Source: an uncultured delta proteobacterium (lineage in GTDB: Bacteria > Desulfobacterota > BSN033 > UBA1163). From it: 64,000 nt of DNA. Position 1 is the stretch's first letter; every line of letters begins with the position of its first letter. The notes under the pieces were generated by a model that did not search any database, was not told the DNA's origin, and saw nothing but the letters and a program-made list of their open reading frames with translations. The translations under genes and the position numbers were made by a program. Location of the stretch: positions 1 through 64,000 of the forward strand of contig CAWHBU010000009.1 of assembly GCA_963827685.1 (NCBI GenBank). The letters run 5' to 3'. Positions 18,840 through 28,367 of the stretch are shown piece after piece.

Positions 18840-19811
18840 TCACGCTCCCCTCAGGCGCGGATCGAGTGCATCTCTCAGAGCGTCGGCAAAAAGGTTAAAA
18901 GCCAGCACGAGAGCAAAGAGGAAGACCGACGCCCCTGTTAGGTTCCACCAGATGGCATTAGGCAGCTCCCGGTCAGCCATCATGATCATTGTCCCCCAGC
19001 TTCCCGTCCCGGGTTCGACACCAATACCGATATAAGTGAGCACGGTTTCAGACATGACGAGCGAAGAAAAATCGAGCGTCATTTCAATAATGATCAGATA
19101 CATCACATTGGGCAGAATGTGCCTGAAGAGCAGGCGGAGATCGTTTGCCCCCAGTGCGCGCGCTGCCTCAACGTATTCCATGTTCTTTACCTTGAGCGTC
19201 TCTCCCCGGATGAGCCTGCAGAGCCCTACCCATGAAGTGACACCCAGCGCGACACAAAGCTGCCACAGACCTCTCTCCATCACCATGAGCATGGCAATGA
19301 GCAGGAGGATGCCCGGAATCGAAGAGAGAACCTGGTAAATATATTGAATCGTATCGTCTATCCAGCCTCCGTAGTAACCCGCCAGCAGTCCGAAAATGAC
19401 AGCAAAAAATGCCGCGATCACCGAAGGAACGATGCCGATGATAAAAGCCGTCCGGACACCCTTCAGCGCATTGTAAAGAACGTCTTCGCCGAGATTGTTC
19501 GTCCCAAGCAGGTGGTGCGACTTAAGCTGAAACTCCTTGCGGTTGAGAACACCACTCTTTGCCAGGGGCGGAGAATAAGATTTCTCCACCTCTTTTCCGA
19601 AGAGGGCGTCGAGTGCAGTCCGGTCCCACTTTACGCCGCCCATGTTTCGTTTTGACAGGGGGATGGTGTCAAGAAGAGCGATGATCATAAAGAGACAAAT
19701 GACACAAAATCCCACTACAGCAAGCTTGTCCCGTTTTATTTTTTTGACGGCTATCTTTAAATGTGATTCAGCCAAAGCCTTTTCCTTATTCGAATGCAAC
19801 TCTGGGATCAA
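18840..19811 (-). CDS. oppC: Peptide ABC permease (OppC/DppC)
   Basis: HLLGTNNLGED, EYVEAARALGA, RHILPN. Confidence 0.9.
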   Translation of the reverse strand: MIPELHSNKEKALAESHLKIAVKKIKRDKLAVVGFCVICLFMIIALLDTIPLSKRNMGGVKWDRTALDALFGKEVEKSYSPPLAKSGVLNRKEFQLKSHHLLGTNNLGEDVLYNALKGVRTAFIIGIVPSVIAAFFAVIFGLLAGYYGGWIDDTIQYIYQVLSSIPGILLLIAMLMVMERGLWQLCVALGVTSWVGLCRLIRGETLKVKNMEYVEAARALGANDLRLLFRHILPNVMYLIIIEMTLDFSSLVMSETVLTYIGIGVEPGTGSWGTMIMMADRELPNAIWWNLTGASVFLFALVLAFNLFADALRDALDPRLRGA

Positions 19812-20769
19812 CCAGGGTGTAGCTTATATCCGTCAGGATGCTGCCCGCTATGTAAAGCAGAGAATAAATGTAGACCAACGTTCTTATGACGGGGTAATCA
19901 TGGCTGTTTATGGCATTGAGCATCAGGTTGCCCATGCCGGGTATGCCGAAATACATTTCCAGCAGGAGGCTCCCCGTGATCAGGAAAGGTATGGAAAGAA
20001 CCGTCACCGTGAGTATGGGTATCATGGCATTCTTGAGCACGTGCTTGAAGAGCACCCCTTCCTCGCTTACTCCCTTGGCCATGGCGGTGCGGACATAATC
20101 GGCGCGTACTTCATTGAGCATGACCGTCCTGTAGAACCTCACCCCGCCCCCAAGCCCTGATGCGACGGCAAGGATCACAGGCAGGAGGACGAACTTCCAC
20201 GCCCCTGCGCCGAATTCGTAGCCATAGATTGGAAAATATTTAAAGACAACAGCCAGAAGATACTGACCGAAAATGATGTAATTCAAAATAACAATACTCA
20301 TGAACACGACACAGATGAGAAGCGCAAACCGGTCGAGATAGGTGCCCCGGTAATAGGCAATAAAAAGGGCGATGGGCAATGTGATGAGGATGGAGAGCAG
20401 AAAGGCGGGGATCGTTAGTGTCAGCGAAGGGCCGATCTTCTGCTTCAAGAGATCGCTTATCTTCTCATGCAGATAATCTGATTCGGGAAACCTGAAGAGC
20501 AGCAGCTCTGCCATTTGATTCCAGAACCGGCTGTCGAACGGATGGATGCTTCCGTCCTGGCTGCGCTTGAAATTGAAGAACATGGGCTTGTCCATGCCAT
20601 GAGCCGTTACCCATGCTTTCACCTGAGCTTCTGTCGGATTTTTTCCGAGCTGTTTTCTTGCGATTGCCTCAGGAGACGCAAATATATTGAAGAGAAAGAA
20701 CGTGACAAGGCATACCCCTAAGACAGTGGGAATGGCAAGCAGAAGTCTGCGTATGATATATCGGATCAA
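19786..20769 (-). CDS. oppB: Peptide ABC permease (OppB/DppB)
   Basis: MIRYIIRRLL, DYVRTAMAKG, KHVLKNA, DISYTLVDPRV. Confidence 0.92.
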   Translation of the reverse strand: MIRYIIRRLLLAIPTVLGVCLVTFFLFNIFASPEAIARKQLGKNPTEAQVKAWVTAHGMDKPMFFNFKRSQDGSIHPFDSRFWNQMAELLLFRFPESDYLHEKISDLLKQKIGPSLTLTIPAFLLSILITLPIALFIAYYRGTYLDRFALLICVVFMSIVILNYIIFGQYLLAVVFKYFPIYGYEFGAGAWKFVLLPVILAVASGLGGGVRFYRTVMLNEVRADYVRTAMAKGVSEEGVLFKHVLKNAMIPILTVTVLSIPFLITGSLLLEMYFGIPGMGNLMLNAINSHDYPVIRTLVYIYSLLYIAGSILTDISYTLVDPRVAFE

Positions 20770-22721
20770 AATGATTTTCTCCTTCTCACATATTTAATCA
20801 CCATCACCGGAGCAGAAAGCACGATCAATAGGATCACTCCAAAAAGCAACAACATAAAGTTGGGCTTGTTCTCAGCCTTCCAGTAGGTTCGCCTGAGCTC
20901 CGGATCAACTCGGATATACTTTCTGTAATTTCCGGATATGCTGTGAGACTTGCCGTTCTTGAACCAGGAATGGCGGAGGACATAGGAAGGGGAATGAACG
21001 TTGAATATCCAGGGACACTCCTCAATGACGATCCCCACCATCCTGTGGATCACCGCCTCCCTTTCCTGTGTGTTTTCCATGTTTTTCATTTTCTCGTAAA
21101 GCCTGTCGTATTCTGGATTGGCAAAAGAGGAGCTGTTGGGGTTGGGGGGTGCATTAGGACCGTAGAGCAGCTGCAGAAAATTCTCCGGGTCAGGGTAATC
21201 GGCAATCCAGCCCAAGGAGAACATCTGAAATGTCCCCTTGTGGCTTCTCTCAAGTTGCTGGGACCAGGTATTGACCTGCAATTTCATCTTTATACCGAGC
21301 TGCTCGAAGCATCTCATGTCGAAGGTCGCCACCTCGCGTGCCCTCGTTGATTCGGATCCTATATCGTAGACAAGCTCGAGCTGTTTTCCCGTCTTAGCGT
21401 CGATTCCACCCGGATAGCCAGCCTTTGCCATGAGCTCCTTCGCCTTCGCGAGATGGTGGGCCTTGTAAGGGTTCTTCAATTTCGGGTCGTATCCGAAGAC
21501 GCCCGGGGGCAGGGGGCCCTGGGCGTTGATGGCCCGCCCGTTCATAAAGATCTGGTTGTAAAGATCGGTATCGTAAGAAAGTGAAAGCGCCTGACGCAGG
21601 TATATGTTCCTGCCCAGTATCGGGTCGCGCATGTTGAAAGCCAGGTAATATATGTCAAGGTCGCTTGCTATCTCAAGCGATATACCTTTCTTGATGAAGT
21701 TATCCGAAAGTTCCAGATTCTTCGTGACGACCCTGTCGAACTGTTCCTGGGGGATGCCCGAACCGTCGAGGTATCCCTGGAGAAAGAGGAGCCATATCGG
21801 CTGGGCCGTGGGTATGATGGTATACCAGACCTCGTCAAGAAAGGGCAATGGTTTTCCGGCATCTTTAAGGAGTCCCCTTTCTTTATCTCCCGGGGCTCCT
21901 GTTGATGGATAATATTCTTTCCGGAAGTTGGGATTTCTTTCCATGATGATTCTATGCTGTCTCTTCCATGACTTGAGCCTGTAAGCACCTGTCCCCACAG
22001 GATGGCGGGGAAAACCCTCCTTGCCGGCAGCGTTATAATACTCCACCGCTTCCCTTGCCACCGGCGCTGTGTAGGGCATGCTCATCACATAGATGAATGC
22101 CGGGAAGGGTTCCGTCAGGGTAATTTTCAGAGTGCGATCATCGATTGCCTTCAGTCCTTCTACATTCCAGGAATAGTCTGCTCTTCCGGTTGCAGCCGCC
22201 TTCTTAAAAAAATCATCGATACCTTTTATCTTTCCGGCCACAAGCCAGTATCCAGTGGATTGCACGGCCGGGTCCGCAAGTCTCTTTATGGAATAAACAA
22301 CGTCGTTTGCGGTGACACGTCTTCCCTTACCTCCGGCAAAGCATGGATCATCCTGAAAAAAGATGTCATCCCTCAGTTTGAATAGGTATTCCATCCTTGC
22401 TTTCTTTTTTGTTTCCCCCTTTTCCTGCACATTCTCGTAGAAGATACGCTTTTCAGGATAACTGGCAGCGAGCGCCGGCACGACCCTGTAGGGTCTGTCG
22501 AGGTATGCGTTCTGGTAAAGGGCGTCGTAGAACTGGCAGAGTATTTCGGCTGAGGTCGTGTCGGAGACTTGCGCCGGGTCAAGAGTCCTGGGGTCCTCTC
22601 CCAGGGCTGTATACCCGATCAATTTATCGCTTTCAGGCGGATAAGGACTGTTTCCACAAGCAGGGATGAATACTATTAGAAAGAAGAAAGGAAAGATAAG
22701 AAGAAGGGTTCTGGTTCTCAG
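20766..22721 (-). CDS. oppA: Peptide ABC substrate-binding lipoprotein (family 5), probable CTG start, C-terminal TM anchor
   Basis: TLDPA, GTGAY, WIADYPDPENF. In-frame upstream extension (CTG)RTRTLLLIFPFFFLIVFIPA-C is a lipoprotein signal with AAAGGA SD; the ORF-track start at 22622 lacks it. Confidence 0.85.
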   Translation of the reverse strand: MRTRTLLLIFPFFFLIVFIPACGNSPYPPESDKLIGYTALGEDPRTLDPAQVSDTTSAEILCQFYDALYQNAYLDRPYRVVPALAASYPEKRIFYENVQEKGETKKKARMEYLFKLRDDIFFQDDPCFAGGKGRRVTANDVVYSIKRLADPAVQSTGYWLVAGKIKGIDDFFKKAAATGRADYSWNVEGLKAIDDRTLKITLTEPFPAFIYVMSMPYTAPVAREAVEYYNAAGKEGFPRHPVGTGAYRLKSWKRQHRIIMERNPNFRKEYYPSTGAPGDKERGLLKDAGKPLPFLDEVWYTIIPTAQPIWLLFLQGYLDGSGIPQEQFDRVVTKNLELSDNFIKKGISLEIASDLDIYYLAFNMRDPILGRNIYLRQALSLSYDTDLYNQIFMNGRAINAQGPLPPGVFGYDPKLKNPYKAHHLAKAKELMAKAGYPGGIDAKTGKQLELVYDIGSESTRAREVATFDMRCFEQLGIKMKLQVNTWSQQLERSHKGTFQMFSLGWIADYPDPENFLQLLYGPNAPPNPNSSSFANPEYDRLYEKMKNMENTQEREAVIHRMVGIVIEECPWIFNVHSPSYVLRHSWFKNGKSHSISGNYRKYIRVDPELRRTYWKAENKPNFMLLLFGVILLIVLSAPVMVIKYVRRRKSF

Positions 22722-22840
22722 AGAAAATATCCTTTCGAACAGTATGGATTAAAATATTATAGAGGATATTTTACTCCTTCACAATCCTTAATTGGGATGT
22801 CTTTAATTCCAAAATCCGCAATCCGCATTCTGCATGGCAT

Positions 22841-23521
22841 CTATCGGCTGGTTACCAGTACCTTGAAGCCCATCTGCGAAAGTTTTTCCGCCATCACCAA
22901 AGCTGATTCTCTTGTGTCGAATTGTCCCACTCTCACCCGGTGATATTTCTGGGTCTGTGTTTCCAGCGCTGTGACGGAGACGCCGTCAAAGTTTTTTCGG
23001 AGCTGTTCAGCTAATCTCTGGGCATTGGTTTCATCAATGAAAGAACCTACCTGGAGAGTGAAACGCTGAACCTGCTCGATTACAGTACCAATCACTTCTA
23101 CTTTGACCAAAGCGGTTCCTTTTTCCCGCATTCCGAGCATCTGGGCAGCGGCAGAGGAGACGTCGATAATCCTCTCTTTAACAAAAGGACCCCGATCGTT
23201 GACCTTCAACTCAACGGATCTTCCATTCTCCAAATTGGTAACCATAACCATTGTACCTAAGGGAAGGGTATTATGGGCGCAGGTGAGTTGGTGCATATCG
23301 TAAACTTCACCACTCGATGTCTGTTTTCCGTGAAAGTCTGCTCCATACCAGGACGCAATCCCCTGTTGAACCCCGCGGGACTCCCTCTTTTCGATGGCTC
23401 CTTTTTCAGGAGAAGGCATTCTCTTTTCATAAACAATGCGATATCTGGGAGCACAGGCGGCCAAAAACAGAATGAAGAATACAAAGGTTAAAATTAAAAA
23501 TCTAAAATTTGTTTTTTTCAT
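22841..23521 (-). CDS. rlpA: Septal ring lytic transglycosylase RlpA (DPBB + SPOR) lipoprotein
   Basis: Lipobox LAAC; GIASWYG..FHG; VNDRGPF; SPOR LQVGSF...RVRVG. Confidence 0.92.
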   Translation of the reverse strand: MKKTNFRFLILTFVFFILFLAACAPRYRIVYEKRMPSPEKGAIEKRESRGVQQGIASWYGADFHGKQTSSGEVYDMHQLTCAHNTLPLGTMVMVTNLENGRSVELKVNDRGPFVKERIIDVSSAAAQMLGMREKGTALVKVEVIGTVIEQVQRFTLQVGSFIDETNAQRLAEQLRKNFDGVSVTALETQTQKYHRVRVGQFDTRESALVMAEKLSQMGFKVLVTSR

Positions 23522-23620
23522 TTTTGTCTCAGTTTCGAGTAGAAGAAGCTTTAGCCTCCCATTATTCCTTTTTTTTAGCTTACTCAGAAACTGCCTGCAT
23601 GTAGTAAGCATAATTAATTC

Positions 23621-23650
23621 GTAAATTATATCGCATGCGATATAATTTAC
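23621..23650. repeat. Perfect 30-bp palindrome
   Basis: GTAAATTATATCGCA|TGCGATATAATTTAC; TATAAT on both strands. Confidence 0.9.
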
Positions 23651-23709
23651 AACTACAATATTTTATTCTGATACTTGAACGAGTTAGATATGCGCCCCCC
23701 AATATTTTC

Positions 23710-23738
23710 TTGACATTACCACCAAATTTCCATAAATT
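23710..23738 (+). promoter_or_regulatory. Pc-like sigma70 promoter for the cassette array
   Basis: TTGACA-17 nt-TAAATT about 35 nt upstream of the first cassette junction. Confidence 0.65.
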
Positions 23739-23757
23739 TTACTAAAAATAGGCATTA

Positions 23758-23780
23758 AATATAAAAGATAATGTTCGACA
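23758..23780 (+). other. attI-like recombination junction
   Basis: A-rich AATATAAAAGATAAT then G/TTCGACA. GTTCGACA is the exact reverse complement of the first attC R'' TGTCGAAC (24460-24467); no attC hairpin upstream. Confidence 0.55.
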
Positions 23781-24487
23781 TGAGAACCATGAACGATAAT
23801 CTTGTCCGTTTGCTTGATGCGTGGCCATGCTGCACCCTTGGCACTGTTCGTATTCCTGACTTACCGGAACGGGAGCGGTCCTTCTTCGCTGACTTCATGC
23901 CAGCAGCGCGTACAGCAATCACATTGGGGCATCACGTCACTACGGAAGAGGAATGGACTTGGTATGCAACAGGGGCAGGCGGAGAACACTGCGCGGCGGA
24001 TGATCACGCAAGGGGATTATGCGAGATGATTAAAGCAGAGTTGATCCAATCAGGGCATGAAACCGAGATAGTGAACTACCCAGGTACGAGCGGTCTGCAA
24101 TTCCGCTATGTGGCACAGGTTGCAGGCCTCGGGGCTATTGGCATGAATGCCTTTCTGTTTCATCCTACGTGGGGGCCATGGATTCATCTTCGTGTACTTG
24201 CAACGACGGCAAAACTTGAAATTCACCCGAAGATGTCTGGTGATCAACTCTGTAATCAGTGCACGCTTTGCGTGACTGAATGCCCTGCAGGTGCGATATC
24301 GGACGGAGCGTTCTCAGGACAGCAATGTCGTTCTTATCGCAAAGCCCAAGGCGAGTATGAGCCGTACGGAGCAAGGGGAGAGTTCAGATACTGTAAGCGA
24401 TGTGTCCGGGTCTGTCCGCGGGGGAAGCGACCGCAGGAGCGGGATAGACAAGGAGGGACTGTCGAACAATCGCATACCTTTAGGTGA
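23771..24487 (+). CDS. QueG/reductive-dehalogenase-like 4Fe-4S protein (gene cassette 1)
   Basis: AQVAGLGAIGMN, WGPWIHL, CNQCTLCVTECPAGA, CKRCVRVCP. True start may be 23780 or 23789. Confidence 0.8.
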   Translation: MFDMRTMNDNLVRLLDAWPCCTLGTVRIPDLPERERSFFADFMPAARTAITLGHHVTTEEEWTWYATGAGGEHCAADDHARGLCEMIKAELIQSGHETEIVNYPGTSGLQFRYVAQVAGLGAIGMNAFLFHPTWGPWIHLRVLATTAKLEIHPKMSGDQLCNQCTLCVTECPAGAISDGAFSGQQCRSYRKAQGEYEPYGARGEFRYCKRCVRVCPRGKRPQERDRQGGTVEQSHTFR

Positions 24488-24560
24488 ATAGAAGTCAAGC
24501 TGACCCGGAATAACGCTGGTTGAAATTGGCAAAGCGCTATGGCCGGTCAACTCGGCCGTT
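24460..24560 (+). other. attC site (degenerate; IS1182 inserted at its R' GTT)
   Basis: R'' TGTCGAAC, AATCGCAT, CAAGCTGACC ... GGTCAACT, CGGCC-GTT. Confidence 0.65.
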
Positions 24561-26362
24561 GAGCCTGTAGAAAAAGTCTTAAAAGCATGATAAAATCGCC
24601 ATATCAGTAGCGGCAAAGAGAGCGGAGACCGCTTAGGAGGGACTGGATGGCGAGATACAAAGAGTTTGATTATTCACAGGGAAAGTTCATACCGATCCAC
24701 TTTGACCGACAGATCTTACCCGGGACGTTTGAGTATAGCCTTCATTACCTCATTGACAACGAGATAGACCTGTCGATTTTTGATTGCCGGTACCGAAACG
24801 ACGAGATGGGAGCGCCGGCATACGATCCCGCCGTCCTATTAAAGATTATCCTGTATGTGTACTCACGAGGAATCACCTCGAGCCGAAAGATAGCGCAGTG
24901 TTGTCAAGAGAATGTTATCTTCATGGCGCTCTCGGCGGATACGCAGCCTCACTTTACAACGATCTCAGACTTCATTTCGACCTCGGGCCAGGAGATCATC
25001 CATCTGTTTCTAGAGATACTGTTGATCTGCGATGAGATGGGGCTGATCGGGAAAGAGATGTTTGCAGTGGATGGCTGCAAGCTGCCTTCAAACGCCTCGA
25101 AAGAATGGAGCGGGACGAAGAAAGAACTGGAGAAGAAAAGAGAGAAGATGGAGAAGGTGATCAGGCAGATTGTCAAGCGGCATCGGGAGGTGGATGTTAC
25201 CGAGGCGGACCGGGGAGTGATGGAGCAAGAAGAGCAGTATGTGGAGACCCTTCGGGGGAAGGTAAAGAAGATAAAGGCATGGCTACGAGAAAACGAGGAC
25301 AAACCTGGCAAGAGCGGTAAGCCCGTGAAGAGCAACATCACGGACAATGAGAGCGCCAAGATGAAGACCTCGCACGGGGTGATCCAGGGTTACGATGGGG
25401 TAGCGGTGGTAGACGGAAAGCACCAGGTGGTTGTACATGCGGAGGCATTTGGAGCAGCGCAGGAACATGATCTTCTTCTTCCTATGCTCGAGGGGACGAG
25501 GGAGAACTTCGAGGCCGTCGGCATTAAACAGGATATCTTCGAGAAAGCAAAGCTCACAGCGGACAGTGGGTTTCATACCGAGGCGAATATGAAGGAGGTC
25601 ATGGGGCAAGGGATCGATGCCTATATTGCAGACACGCAGTTTCGGAAGCGGGACCCGCGGTTTTCGGACGTTGACAAATACAAAGAGCAATTCAGAAAGG
25701 AGAGGGCTGAGTACTACGGAGTGGCCGACTTATACAGGCCACACAGGGATTTTACGATCAGCGAAGACAAGACTCATTGCATCTGTCCTGGGGGTAAGCG
25801 CCTGTATCGCAATGGGGGGAATGTGGTGGTCAACGGTCAGCGGGCCATCAAGTTTCATGGGAGAAAGACCGACTGTCGGATCTGCGGACTACGGGAGAGA
25901 TGCCTGAGACATCCGGACAGAACGGAAGCAAGACAGGTGTACTTCTTTCAGGGGAGTGCGGGGTCCAAGCCGGAGACGTTTACACAGAAGATGAAGCGCA
26001 AAATAGATTCGATAAAAGGCAGACTCATCTACAACAGGAGACTCGGAACGGCAGAACCTGTATTTGGGAATATCTGCTCTACCTTAGGGTTGAACCGATT
26101 TACCCTTCGAGGGAAACGAAAAGTGAACACCCAGTGGTTACTCTACTGTGCGGTGCACAATCTATTTAAAGTGCATCGATACGGTCTGGAGCTTGCGTGA
26201 AGGAGCCGGATTGGGTGATAGGGTATTGGGGTAAGAAAAATATCATGAAAAGACGAACATTTCGCCAAGAATCGGAAAAACTTTTGATGACAGAAAATAA
26301 TTTCCTATTTTTGATCCAGCAGAAGAAGCAGTTTTTAAAAAAGCGACTTTTTCTGCAGGCAC
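24561..26362 (+). mobile_element. IS1182-family insertion sequence
   Basis: Terminal IRs GAGCCTGTAGAAAAAGTC / GACTTTTTCTGCAGGCAC (16/18), flanked by a GTT direct repeat. Confidence 0.9.
24647..26200 (+). CDS. IS1182-family transposase
   Basis: GAPAYDP..LLKIILY.Y..GITSSR (DUF772), AVDGCK, TDNES, ADSGF, AEPVFG. Confidence 0.95.
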   Translation: MARYKEFDYSQGKFIPIHFDRQILPGTFEYSLHYLIDNEIDLSIFDCRYRNDEMGAPAYDPAVLLKIILYVYSRGITSSRKIAQCCQENVIFMALSADTQPHFTTISDFISTSGQEIIHLFLEILLICDEMGLIGKEMFAVDGCKLPSNASKEWSGTKKELEKKREKMEKVIRQIVKRHREVDVTEADRGVMEQEEQYVETLRGKVKKIKAWLRENEDKPGKSGKPVKSNITDNESAKMKTSHGVIQGYDGVAVVDGKHQVVVHAEAFGAAQEHDLLLPMLEGTRENFEAVGIKQDIFEKAKLTADSGFHTEANMKEVMGQGIDAYIADTQFRKRDPRFSDVDKYKEQFRKERAEYYGVADLYRPHRDFTISEDKTHCICPGGKRLYRNGGNVVVNGQRAIKFHGRKTDCRICGLRERCLRHPDRTEARQVYFFQGSAGSKPETFTQKMKRKIDSIKGRLIYNRRLGTAEPVFGNICSTLGLNRFTLRGKRKVNTQWLLYCAVHNLFKVHRYGLELA

Positions 26363-26421
26363 GTTGGCGATAACAACCAATTTACATAGACACCTGATTT
26401 AAGGTACAATAAATTACAAAA

Positions 26422-27708
26422 ATGAAAACCATACACAAAATAATTCATGGCGATTCCAGACAAATGAATCTGGTGACCGATGAATCGGTTCATTTGATCA
26501 TTACGTCACCCCCGTACTGGCAGCTTAAAGATTACGGGACAAGCGATCAAATCGGATACCATGAGACTTATGAGAGTTATATCAATAACCTGAGTCTTGT
26601 CTGGAAGGAATGTCATCGGGTTTTGCACTCAGGCTGCCGCCTTTGCATAAACATCGGGGATCAGTTCGCCCGCTCGGTTTATTATGGACGGTACAAGGTA
26701 ATCCCGATTCGAACCGAAATCATTAAATTCTGCGAGACAATCGGGTTTGACTACATGGGGGCGATCATCTGGCAAAAGGTGACAACGACCAATACAACAG
26801 GCGGAGCCACTATAATGGGAAGTTTTCCTTATCCCCGCAACGGAATTCTGAAACTCGATTATGAGTTTATTCTGTTGTTTAAAAAACAAGGCATCCCGCC
26901 AAAACCAACCCGAGAGCAAAAAGAACTGTCGGTCATATCAAAGGATGATTGGAATATTTATTTTTCAGGCCACTGGTATTTTGCAGGCGCTAAACAGGAA
27001 GGGCATATCGCCATGTTCCCCGAAGAACTGCCCACCCGGCTTATCAAAATGTTTTCTTTTGCAGGGGATACGGTTCTTGATCCCTTCCTCGGTAGCGGTA
27101 CCACTTCAATGGCTGCCCGTAATCTGGGGCGGCATTCAATCGGTTATGAAATTAACGAGAATTTTATTCCAACCATCAGAAAAAAGCTCCGAATCGAACA
27201 AGCCGATCTTTACGGAACAGAATACATCTTTTTAAAAGACAATATAAAAACCGACTTGAACGAAGACATTGCAAGGCTGCCCTATATCTTCAAAGACCCT
27301 CATAAACTCGATAAGAAGATTGATCCGAAAAAGCTTCAATTCGGCTCCAGAATTGACGAAAACAGCGGGGAACGCGAAGAGTATTACTCGGTTAAGGAAG
27401 TGATCAGCCCTGAGCTGATTAGACTCAGCAACGGATTGCTTGTCCGCCTTATCGGAGTAAGAGAGGATAAGGCATTGAATGGTTTGGCGGTTAATTTCAT
27501 TACTGAAAAAACGAAGGGACAAAAAGTATTTCTGAAATTTGATAGTCAAAAGTACGATAATGAGAATCGCCTGCTTTGTTATATCTATTTAAAAAACAAA
27601 ACATTTCTTAATGCACATCTCATAAAGGAAGGGCTTGCAGAGGTAGACTGCTCTATTGATTTCAAATACAAGGATAAATTCGTAAAACTCGGAGCCAGAC
27701 ATGGCTAA
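26422..27708 (+). CDS. N4/N6 DNA methyltransferase (beta class) fused to a C-terminal thermonuclease/SNase-like domain
   Basis: TSPPY, HIAMFP, VLDPFLGSGTT; C-terminal VRLIGV...YDNENRLLCYIY...NAHLIKEGLA. Confidence 0.9.
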   Translation: MKTIHKIIHGDSRQMNLVTDESVHLIITSPPYWQLKDYGTSDQIGYHETYESYINNLSLVWKECHRVLHSGCRLCINIGDQFARSVYYGRYKVIPIRTEIIKFCETIGFDYMGAIIWQKVTTTNTTGGATIMGSFPYPRNGILKLDYEFILLFKKQGIPPKPTREQKELSVISKDDWNIYFSGHWYFAGAKQEGHIAMFPEELPTRLIKMFSFAGDTVLDPFLGSGTTSMAARNLGRHSIGYEINENFIPTIRKKLRIEQADLYGTEYIFLKDNIKTDLNEDIARLPYIFKDPHKLDKKIDPKKLQFGSRIDENSGEREEYYSVKEVISPELIRLSNGLLVRLIGVREDKALNGLAVNFITEKTKGQKVFLKFDSQKYDNENRLLCYIYLKNKTFLNAHLIKEGLAEVDCSIDFKYKDKFVKLGARHG

Positions 27709-28333
27709 GGAATGGATTCTAAACAGTGCAATGAATCGTTTTCAATTGAACTTCAAAAGGAATGTCGGCCCAACTTCTGAGAGCATCAGGCAGTGTTCGC
27801 CAAGAACGATAGATGAATGGCGTGATTACTACTTTAAGAACGTCCGGTCAAGGGAACATATAGAAGAACTCGGCAGGAAGCTTCATGTCAAAATAACCGA
27901 AGTGATTCAGGCCGAAGTCGAAGAAATCACGGAGCAAGATTGTATTGACTACATGGTTCAGTTGGTCATTGACCGCACATTCGATGGTTACATGACCGAG
28001 ATCAAGACCATCTACGGGCAGTTGGAAAAAGAACTCCAGGTTAAGATTGAACCGGCTCCTGACGAATGGGACAGACTTTTTAATGTTGATTTCTTCATAA
28101 GAATCAAAGACAAATATATCGGGATACAAATAAAACCGGTCAATCAAGGAATACAGTTATCACAAATTTTTAAAGAAAAGGAACTACAGCTCAAAACTCA
28201 TGAAAAGTTTACTAAACAATATGGCGGTAAGGTTTTCTACATTTTCTCATCCAAGGTCGGGGAAAGAAAAGAGATTAGAAACAAAGAAGTAATTGCCGAG
28301 ATAAAACAGGAAATTGAACGGCTCAAAAAATAA
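27701..28333 (+). CDS. MjaI-family type II restriction endonuclease
   Basis: VGPTSE..RQC, EW..YY, DRTFDGY..E, VDFFI...GIQIKP (PD-(D/E)xK-like); overlaps the MTase stop. Confidence 0.82.
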   Translation: MAKEWILNSAMNRFQLNFKRNVGPTSESIRQCSPRTIDEWRDYYFKNVRSREHIEELGRKLHVKITEVIQAEVEEITEQDCIDYMVQLVIDRTFDGYMTEIKTIYGQLEKELQVKIEPAPDEWDRLFNVDFFIRIKDKYIGIQIKPVNQGIQLSQIFKEKELQLKTHEKFTKQYGGKVFYIFSSKVGERKEIRNKEVIAEIKQEIERLKK

Positions 28334-28337
28334 GATG

Positions 28338-28367
28338 TTCGCTAACGAATCGATCCAGCCAACCGCT
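28338..28367 (+). other. Truncated attC (left arm only)
   Basis: TTCGCTAAC GAATCGATCCAGCCAACCGC; R'' nearly complementary to the cassette start GTTGGCGA at 26363. Confidence 0.6.

Noticed and set aside
23563-23640. mltB 3' remnant upstream of rlpA (RYN..YYMQAVSE)
   Set aside because: Short match with wrong spacing and an internal stop, partly made from the palindrome; could be chance.
23621-23650. Protelomerase or dif site
   Set aside because: Only superficial ATTATA..TATAAT similarity to phage telomere sites; no protelomerase gene in the window and no XerC/XerD consensus.
23675-23690. TTGAAC-GA-GTTAGAT as the attI core
   Set aside because: Matches GTTRRRY, but no complementary R'' exists downstream; the junction at 23773 is supported by exact complementarity.
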